A stretch of DNA of 64,000 nt from Marispirochaeta sp. Lineage in GTDB: Bacteria; Spirochaetota; Spirochaetia; JC444; Marispirochaetaceae. Both the position numbers and the translations under genes were made by a program. A model generated the notes under the pieces. It did no database searches. It saw only the letters and a program-made list of their open reading frames with translations, and was not told the DNA's origin. The stretch covers positions 448,001 to 512,000 of the forward strand of contig CAXXFF010000004.1 of the NCBI GenBank assembly GCA_963676835.2. The letters are read 5' to 3'. This document shows positions 57,275 to 64,000 of the stretch, one piece after another. Position 1 is the stretch's first letter. Each line of letters opens with the position of its first letter.

Positions 57275-58102
57275 CTACCCGGCAAAAGTATTAGGATCGA
57301 AGCCGAAATGCCTGCCGCTCTCCAGGGCATCGATCTGCGCCATGTCTTCATCGCTTAAGACAAAATCAAATAACTGACTGTTTGCTGCAATGCGGCCCTG
57401 ATTGGATGATTTGGGAATAACAACATTCTCTTTCTGGAGATGCCAGCGCAGGGTAACCTGAACCGGACTTTTCCCATACTTTTTACCAAGTTCATCCATT
57501 AAGGGAACTTCAGAAAAATGGCCCCGGAAGATCGGCCCCCAGGCAGTTACCGCCATGCCCTGTTCCCGACAATAAACAGAAAGGTCCCGCTGCTGATTCC
57601 ACGGATGAAGTTCCACCTGATTAACCGCTGGAGCCTCACCAAACTCCCGGATAAGTCCTTCAAGGTGCGCGACCGTAAAGTTGGAAACGCCTGCAGCACG
57701 AATACGGCCCTTTTCACGGTATTCAAGCAGTGCTTCCCAGGCTTTGTAGCGTGCCTTTTCATCCGTCCCCGGCCAGTGAAGCAGATAGAGGTCGATATAC
57801 TCAGTATCCATTTCTTTCAGGCTGAATTCGATCCCTTTTTGAGGGTTGGAATACGAAGTCGGCCACATTTTACTGACCACAAACAACTCTTCCCGGGATA
57901 CACCGCTTTCACGGACTCCCCGGCCGACATCTTTTTCATTGTCGTAGAATGTGGCGGTATCGACCATGCGGTAGCCCGCATCCACAGCCCAGCGAACAGC
58001 CTGATAAATTTCATCACCCAGAGCCTTGAAACATCCCAGGCCGAAGCCGGGCATTTCTATAGCGTTATTGAGTGTTATGGTATCTGCAACTGAATTAATC
58101 AT
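57275..58102 (-). CDS. Aldo/keto reductase (2,5-diketo-gluconate reductase-like)
   Basis: GYRMVDTATFYDNE, DLYLLHWP, GVSNF, NQVELHP, VIPKS. Confidence 0.93.
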   Translation of the reverse strand: MINSVADTITLNNAIEMPGFGLGCFKALGDEIYQAVRWAVDAGYRMVDTATFYDNEKDVGRGVRESGVSREELFVVSKMWPTSYSNPQKGIEFSLKEMDTEYIDLYLLHWPGTDEKARYKAWEALLEYREKGRIRAAGVSNFTVAHLEGLIREFGEAPAVNQVELHPWNQQRDLSVYCREQGMAVTAWGPIFRGHFSEVPLMDELGKKYGKSPVQVTLRWHLQKENVVIPKSSNQGRIAANSQLFDFVLSDEDMAQIDALESGRHFGFDPNTFAG

Positions 58103-58108
58103 AAATTC

Positions 58109-58137
58109 AGGCTACGACAGGAAGTGCGGGATGTCAA
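58109..58137 (-). promoter_or_regulatory. Sigma70 promoter TTGACA-17-TAGCCT, probably leaderless
   Basis: -10 hexamer ends 6 nt before the ATG at 58102; no SD. Confidence 0.65.
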
Positions 58138-58211
58138 TCTGAAATGGCTTACAAGGGGTCTTAAGTCATAGAGATGCATCCCTTATTCCAGCAATCCCTT
58201 CGTATCGCCTT

Positions 58212-58392
58212 CACTCACCCCGGCCCTCTTTCTAACCGTCCCTATGTCCCGATCCGAGTTTTCCCTACCTTCAAGCCGGCTTAATCCGCCCCTCACCCCG
58301 GCCCTCTCCCAGGGGGAGAGGGAGGAGGATAGAATCCAATGCGACTACTGCCCCCTCGCCCTTTGGGAGAGGGGGTTGGGGGTGAGGGTCGG
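58212..58392. repeat. BoxC-like repeat: inverted pair (58289-58389) plus a partial copy at 58214
   Basis: CCCTCACCCCGGCCCTCTCCCAGGGGGAGAGGGAG ... CCCCCTCGCCCTTTGGGAGAGGGGGTTGGGGGTGAGGG. Confidence 0.8.
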
Positions 58393-58409
58393 AGAGAGAA
58401 GGTCGCTGA

Positions 58410-58604
58410 TCAGTCCAGAATTTCCTTGACCCGCCCCACCTGTCCGTCACTAAGACGGACCTTTATTCCATGGGGGTGAAAAGCCGATTTCGTCAGGAGA
58501 TCAGCAACGGTTCCCTCCGTAAGGGTTCCGGATCTCTGATCTTTTTTCAAAACAATAGCCACTTTCATTCCGGGTTTTATTTCGTCACGGTTCTGTCCTG
58601 CCAC
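58410..58604 (-). CDS. YwbE/DUF2196-family small protein
   Basis: IVLKKDQRSG.LTEG.V..LLTKS.FHPHGIKVRL.DGQVGRV. Confidence 0.9.
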   Translation of the reverse strand: MAGQNRDEIKPGMKVAIVLKKDQRSGTLTEGTVADLLTKSAFHPHGIKVRLSDGQVGRVKEILD

Positions 58605-58615
58605 TGCGCTTATCC

Positions 58616-58670
58616 TTTCTTTTACCCTTGCTTCTATCTTTGCTTCTATCTTTGCTTCTATCCTTGCTTC
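58616..58670. repeat. 12-bp tandem repeat (about 4 copies) spanning a stop codon
   Basis: TTGCTTCTATCT x2, TTGCTTCTATCC, TTGCTTC (58628-58670). Confidence 0.85.
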
Positions 58671-58924
58671 CAGCGTTCAAGTTTTGGAATACCCGAGGTA
58701 AAAATCCCAGCAAGGAACTTCGGAAATTTCATCTTTACAAGCTGCTCTTTTACCAGGGTCTTCATATCTTCCATGGTCATATCCGGCTGAGCAAAAGTAC
58801 CATTGGAATAGCAGTAACTGCAGTACATACTGCTCCTGCCTCCATCAGCTTCTGTGCCTCCGCCGGCTGGATCCTGTTTTAACGGCATACCGCAGCTTTG
58901 ACAATTCTTATACGTTTTACCCAT
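58658..58924 (-). CDS. Zinc-ribbon domain protein (CQSCGMP...YCSYCY family)
   Basis: CQSCGMP, GTEADG, YCSYCY.NG.F, LERW. Confidence 0.88.
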   Translation of the reverse strand: MGKTYKNCQSCGMPLKQDPAGGGTEADGGRSSMYCSYCYSNGTFAQPDMTMEDMKTLVKEQLVKMKFPKFLAGIFTSGIPKLERWKQG

Positions 58925-59059
58925 TACCCGCTCCCTGAAGCTTTACATATGTTAAGCATTATAATCGATAAGTACAGGCAAAACAAGGGAGTTCAATTGT
59001 GCAAACCTTTTTTTTACCTCAGAGAAAGCTGTGATTTCTCTGAGACCTATCTCCGCAGG

Positions 59060-59383
59060 TTAACCCGCATCCCGGGTCCAGCAGCCTTCACAGGAATCCA
59101 TAAGCGCATAGGCTGAGCGGTATGCCTCTAAAAGACCCGGTTCTGTGCCGGTATAGAATACAACCACCGGCATGCGCTTTGTATGGAGCCTCCGCGCTGC
59201 CAGTGTGCGGATTCCCGCCTCCTTAAGGCGTTCTTCAAGTTCATGGAAATAGATATGATAATCGATAAAGGCAATACATTCCGCGTGAATACCATGGGTA
59301 ATCAGATTTTCAGCCGCCTGATAAACATCAAGTTCACAGTGCCGTACGGCGGCAGGCGGTATCAATGCTGTAGATCCTCTCAT
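59060..59383 (-). CDS. Hypothetical protein (107 aa)
   Basis: Best ORF filling the gap, same orientation as its neighbours; no recognisable motif. Confidence 0.45.
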   Translation of the reverse strand: MRGSTALIPPAAVRHCELDVYQAAENLITHGIHAECIAFIDYHIYFHELEERLKEAGIRTLAARRLHTKRMPVVVFYTGTEPGLLEAYRSAYALMDSCEGCWTRDAG

Positions 59384-59498
59384 GCATAAAAATTATCACC
59401 CTTTATTGGATTTTCACCCTCTTTTCTCTTTTTTTGATTCCTGTTTCTGAATTTGACGGACCATAAAATCTAAATATAATTAGTATCAGGATGAATCA

Positions 59499-61727
59499 AT
59501 GAGTGACGACGATCTTTATATATTTACCGAGGAAGAAGAATCGCTAATACATTCAAACTCCCGGCATGACAGCTGGGTTATTCTGATTGTGGATGATGAA
59601 CCTGATGTTCACCAGGTAACCGAATTTGCCCTTCGCGACATTCTGGTATTTAACCGGCCCATCACTTTTCTGCATGCATACTCAGCAAAAGAGGGCATCT
59701 CCATTCTGAACGCCAACCCTGACATCTGTGTGATCCTGCTCGATGTGGTTATGGAAAGCTCTGATGCCGGACTCAATATGGTGAAGGTTATCCGCCAGGA
59801 TCTTGGATTACACGCCCTACGGATTATTCTCCGTACCGGGCAGCCGGGACAAGTCCCTGAAGTTGATACCATTACGCAATACGATATTAACGACTATAAA
59901 ACAAAGAATGAGCTGACCAGAGACAGGCTGCTTACCGCCATCATCACATCCATCCGCTCCTGGAATCAGATTAAACAGATAGAAGCGGGACAGGTGGGGC
60001 TGGAAAAGATAATTCAGGCCAGTAATCAGCTGATCATGGAAGACGGTATTGAAGATTTTGCCGAAGGGGTCATTATTCAGCTGGCGGGGTTTCTCTCCCT
60101 TGATCCCGAAGGAATTATCTGCATAGAAGAGCATGAAGATGAATCTATCGGTAATTTTGATGATTTGCGCATTATTGCCGCGGCTGGAGAATACCGTCAT
60201 CTTATCAATCACAAAATAGGTGAACTGGATAATCCGGAGGCAGCGAAAGAGATTCAGCTTGCATTCTCTACCCAGGGAACCCATATAAGCCAGAACAGCC
60301 TGTCCCTCTATTTCAACGAACCTTCCCGGGGCAGAAACTTTGTTACCTGGCTGAGCAACGGGAACACCATGGAGGAGATAAATCATCACCTGCTGGAAAT
60401 ATTCTGTAAAAATATAAGTCTCTGTGCCCAGAATGTTGGGCTTATTGAGCTTTTAAAGGATCAGGCCTACCGGGATCCGCTGCTTGAAATTCCCAATCTG
60501 GCCATGCTTCATCAATACCTCCAGGATCTTTCTCACTGTGATGAATACAGTTCGTGTCGGGTTGCGCTTATCGATATTGACCGGTTTGGACAGCTGAATG
60601 ATTTCTTCGGCCACAGCTATGGCGATACGGTGCTCAAGGCACTGAACAAAACCCTCAGAGAACGGTTTGACCCCCGTATTTTTATTGCCAGAGCAGGGGC
60701 GGATATATTTACCCTGGTCGGTCCGGAGAAGATGTTTGACGATGGAAAACTGGAAACTCTGACTGAAGTTACCCTTGATGTGGAGAATACCGAACGAACC
60801 CTTACCTGTTCTATTGGAATCGCCCCCCTTCAGCCGGGAGAAAGCAGCACTATTTCCATGAACAACGCCGAAATAAGCCTTAAGCGTGCAAAAAGTATTG
60901 GAATAGCACAACTGGTCCGCTACAGCGATGAGATTGGCGCGGCAGTTCGCAGACATAACAACCTTCTCACCAAGCTGCAGCAGGCTATTCCCAGGAACCA
61001 GCTGAGATTGATGTATCAGCCCCAGTTCTCCATGCCCGACGGCAATCTCCAGGGCTTTGAAGCCCTGCTGCGCTGGAAGGACGATGAAGGGAACGAAATA
61101 TCTCCTGTTGAGTTTATTCCTATAGCTGAACAGGGAGGAATTATCGCTGCCATCGGGGAATGGGTTTTGTACACCGCACTTACCAGACTGAAACAGCTCC
61201 TGGACAGCGGATCCCGAGAGTTCATTATGGCCGTAAATGTTTCTGCAGAGCAGCTGAGCACTCCCGACTTTGTTGGAACCGTAAAGAAGGCCCTTGAGAC
61301 AACAGGAGTCCCCCCGCGGCTGCTTGAACTGGAGATTACCGAGTCCGTCTCTGCAATCGGCCTTAAGGAACTTATTTCAATACTCACTGCATTCCGCGAG
61401 ATGGGAATCAGTATTGCTATCGATGATTTCGGCACCGGCTACTCATCCCTCTCTTCCATTGACCAGTGGCCTGTGAACAAAATCAAAATCGATAAGTCTT
61501 TTATTCAGAAACTTCAGGAAGAAGAGAACAAAGGCCGCATAGTGGATCTTATTATTCCTCTCTCCAAAAACCTGGCCCTGCAGACCATCGCCGAAGGAGT
61601 TGAGACTGCAGAGCAGCATACAACCCTGACCAATATGGGCTGCGACATGGTCCAGGGCTATCTTACCGGCCGTCCCATGGAGGCAGATATATTACAAACA
61701 TGGATTAAAGACCGGACTGGTAAATGA
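59499..61727 (+). CDS. REC - DUF3369-like - degenerate GGDEF - EAL c-di-GMP phosphodiesterase
   Basis: IVDDEPDVH, LLDVVME, RTGQPG; GADIF in place of GGDEF; intact EALLRW, ELEITE, DDFGTGYSSL, EGVE, QGY. Confidence 0.92.
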   Translation: MSDDDLYIFTEEEESLIHSNSRHDSWVILIVDDEPDVHQVTEFALRDILVFNRPITFLHAYSAKEGISILNANPDICVILLDVVMESSDAGLNMVKVIRQDLGLHALRIILRTGQPGQVPEVDTITQYDINDYKTKNELTRDRLLTAIITSIRSWNQIKQIEAGQVGLEKIIQASNQLIMEDGIEDFAEGVIIQLAGFLSLDPEGIICIEEHEDESIGNFDDLRIIAAAGEYRHLINHKIGELDNPEAAKEIQLAFSTQGTHISQNSLSLYFNEPSRGRNFVTWLSNGNTMEEINHHLLEIFCKNISLCAQNVGLIELLKDQAYRDPLLEIPNLAMLHQYLQDLSHCDEYSSCRVALIDIDRFGQLNDFFGHSYGDTVLKALNKTLRERFDPRIFIARAGADIFTLVGPEKMFDDGKLETLTEVTLDVENTERTLTCSIGIAPLQPGESSTISMNNAEISLKRAKSIGIAQLVRYSDEIGAAVRRHNNLLTKLQQAIPRNQLRLMYQPQFSMPDGNLQGFEALLRWKDDEGNEISPVEFIPIAEQGGIIAAIGEWVLYTALTRLKQLLDSGSREFIMAVNVSAEQLSTPDFVGTVKKALETTGVPPRLLELEITESVSAIGLKELISILTAFREMGISIAIDDFGTGYSSLSSIDQWPVNKIKIDKSFIQKLQEEENKGRIVDLIIPLSKNLALQTIAEGVETAEQHTTLTNMGCDMVQGYLTGRPMEADILQTWIKDRTGK

Positions 61728-63664
61728 AACAACGAACCTTCTATCTGCAGGTTCTTTTAGGTCTGCTTCTGGCGCTGGTCAGTAATTTTATTATAACCGG
61801 CGGAGCAATTATAACAGCCCGGGTATTTCAGATATCCGGGGTAATTTCCCATTCTTTAAATACCATTAGTAACAAGGGTATTCTGTACACTGAACGAATT
61901 CTTAATTCTGTGGAGAAACAGATCCGTATCTTATCCTTCGCTGCTATTGATGCCGACCAGAAACAGAGAATCTTCCTTATGCGCCAGGCGCTCTACGATA
62001 ACCATCTGGCCGATGCAATCTATTACCTGGAGCCGGAAGGACATGTAGTTGAGATTGCCCAGATAGTCACCAGCTTCATTCACGAGCAGGAGGTTAAAGG
62101 AAATGATTTTTCCAACCTGCCATTTTATCAGTCAGCGAAAGATTCCGAGCTGATAGTCTGGAGTGAAAAGTTCATTTCTCCCCTTACAGGAGAAGCCACC
62201 ATTGGAGTAGCATTTCAGCACAGCGGGTATGTGACAATAGCAGAGATCTCGATCCCGCGATTAATAGAAGACCTCCGGGACCTGGTTACCGATACCTATA
62301 CGGAGGCATGGATTTTCGACCGGCAGGGAAACCTTCTGGCCGATACGGAAGAAGATTCCGGAGGGATCATCGATACTGCCGGGAAAATGCTGCTTACCTC
62401 CGATGCCAGAACATGGAAGAGCGCGATTCCCGGCTTCTACACCTGGCATAACCAGCGGCTTCAGCTGGGGTCTGCAGTATCAGAGAAGCTCGGCTGGCGT
62501 ATAGTCGCGAGAAGCCCCTCATTTCTGAACAATCCCCTGATAACAACCACCATTAAAGATGTACTTCTCCTAATCAGCATATCACTGATTGTAGCCGCTA
62601 TTTTTACCATGCTTACGCTCCGGCGTCAAAGTTCAGCCATAAAAGGGCTGATTGATCTTTCCCGTAAGGTGGTTAAAGGTGATCAGAATCTGGTTTGGCC
62701 GGTTTCAAATATCCGTGAATATAATGAACTCTCTCTTGCCTTGAAAACAATGCTGGATAAGGTGCGGGACAGGGAAAGAACTCTTATAAACCTTAATGAA
62801 CAACTGGAAGAACGGGTAGAAAGAAGAACCGGCGAGCTGGCAAGCCGCAACGCGGAACTTTCACAAATGCTGCAGACCCTGCGTAAAACCCAGGAAGAGC
62901 TGATTCAATCCGAAAAGATGGCCTCCCTGGGACGGCTGGTGGCGGGAGTGGCCCATGAACTGAATACCCCACTGGGTAACAGTATTATGGCAATCAGCAC
63001 CGTAAGCCACAAAACCGGGGATTTCAGCAAATCCATTGAAGCGGGGATCACAAAAGGCGAACTTTCCTCGTATCTTGAAGATACGCAAAAGGGCCTGCAG
63101 ATTGCACAGCGAAACCTTGAACGGACAGCGGAATTGCTCACCAGCTTCAAGCAGGTTGCCAATGATCAGTCCAGTAACCTCAGACGAAGATTCCTGCTTG
63201 ATCAGATGCTGACAGAACTTCTTCAGACCCTCCACCCCACCCTTAAACGTATGCCCCATGCTCTGGAAACCGATCTTAATGAGGGAATCTATATGGACAG
63301 CTATCCGGGAGTACTGGGCCAGATAATGACCAATTTAATTAATAATGCTATTACCCATGCCTGGAAGGAAGGAGAAAAAGGCACCCTCCGCCTGGAAACA
63401 AAACGACGTGAAGACCAGGTGATAATAAAGGTGATCGACAACGGAAGCGGCATTGATGACAGCATAAAAAGAAGAGTGTTTGATCCATTTTTTACCACCA
63501 ACAGGGATGCCGGAGGTACAGGCCTGGGCTTAAGAATCGCAAGAAACGGCGCGGAAAATATACTGGGCGGTTCCCTCAGTTTTACCAGCAGTACCGGGGG
63601 AACCACCTTTACCCTCTCTATCCCGGTTAACGCACCGGTTATCGAGATAGAGAGAGACTACTGA
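61724..63664 (+). CDS. Cache/HAMP sensor histidine kinase (NtrB-like core)
   Basis: 2 TM helices, QSEKMASLGRLVAGVAHELNTPLG, NLINNA, DNGSG, FDPFFTT, GTGLGL; ATGA overlap with the upstream gene. Confidence 0.93.
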   Translation: MKQRTFYLQVLLGLLLALVSNFIITGGAIITARVFQISGVISHSLNTISNKGILYTERILNSVEKQIRILSFAAIDADQKQRIFLMRQALYDNHLADAIYYLEPEGHVVEIAQIVTSFIHEQEVKGNDFSNLPFYQSAKDSELIVWSEKFISPLTGEATIGVAFQHSGYVTIAEISIPRLIEDLRDLVTDTYTEAWIFDRQGNLLADTEEDSGGIIDTAGKMLLTSDARTWKSAIPGFYTWHNQRLQLGSAVSEKLGWRIVARSPSFLNNPLITTTIKDVLLLISISLIVAAIFTMLTLRRQSSAIKGLIDLSRKVVKGDQNLVWPVSNIREYNELSLALKTMLDKVRDRERTLINLNEQLEERVERRTGELASRNAELSQMLQTLRKTQEELIQSEKMASLGRLVAGVAHELNTPLGNSIMAISTVSHKTGDFSKSIEAGITKGELSSYLEDTQKGLQIAQRNLERTAELLTSFKQVANDQSSNLRRRFLLDQMLTELLQTLHPTLKRMPHALETDLNEGIYMDSYPGVLGQIMTNLINNAITHAWKEGEKGTLRLETKRREDQVIIKVIDNGSGIDDSIKRRVFDPFFTTNRDAGGTGLGLRIARNGAENILGGSLSFTSSTGGTTFTLSIPVNAPVIEIERDY

Positions 63665-63669
63665 TATCC

Positions 63670-64000
63670 TTACCGGCCAGTATCCGGATACACTTTGTCT
63701 TTTAACTGCCGTTCAATTTCATATACGTTTTCTCTGGTCACCAGAATGGTAGGAACAGTAATTTCCTTTTGTCCATTCCCGCCGGAAAAATACCGCACAA
63801 GCGAATAAAAAGCTTCCCGTCCCATTAAAACCGGCTGCTGCATGGAAACAGCAACCATTCGACCATCCTTGATGGCTTGAACATCTTCGGGACTGCCGTC
63901 AAATCCGACATGTAGAATCTCCCGGGAGCTGTGACTCAATACACTTCCGACAGCAATATTGGCGCCATAGTACTGGGTAAAAACCGCGGTCAAGTCCGGG
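63670..64000 (-). CDS. RbsB-type periplasmic sugar-binding protein, 3' part only
   Basis: VGFDGSPE...AVSMQQPVLMG...VPTILVTREN; paralog of 56143-57120. Confidence 0.85.
   Translation of the reverse strand, partial: PDLTAVFTQYYGANIAVGSVLSHSSREILHVGFDGSPEDVQAIKDGRMVAVSMQQPVLMGREAFYSLVRYFSGGNGQKEITVPTILVTRENVYEIERQLKDKVYPDTGR

Noticed and set aside
58244..58429. 61-aa ORF 'PLTPALSQGERE...PLALWERGLGVRV'
   Set aside because: Translation of the palindromic DNA repeat; the same applies to 46617-46874 and the short ORFs at 42574-43003

Overview
A 64 kb stretch of bacterial chromosome, most likely from a free-living anaerobic spirochaete. That assignment is an inference from the spirochaete-style signal peptides 'xxSNGQ', PFOR, the M16C peptidase and the repeat types. 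About 47 CDS can be supported; I found no rRNA, tRNA, CRISPR array or transposase. Housekeeping genes: Fe/B12-type ABC transporter end, Tex, M16C peptidase, epmA and efp, a fused pyrF-pyrE, MscS and nifJ/PFOR. Accessory content: a glucosylglycerate/mannosylglucosylglycerate compatible-solute cluster, two TRAP-transporter catabolic loci (one AT-rich and GntR-linked, one next to a membrane-anchored AraC and containing an esterase and a URO-D-fold enzyme), a TolC-MFP-RND-PII-like efflux operon with a two-component system, vapBC, two c-di-GMP phosphodiesterases and several REP/MITE-like palindromic repeats. Best leads: (1) the multi-TM AraC / TRAP / esterase / URO-D-fold locus with a 21-bp-phased operator; (2) a methyltransferase overlapping the efp stop codon, near epmA; (3) a Hsp70-substrate-binding-domain/TM/OmpA fusion; (4) an HD-GYP gene that appears to start at a non-canonical ATT codon; (5) an uncharacterised second GT4 in the compatible-solute cluster. 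All family calls come from motif recognition by eye, not from database searches.
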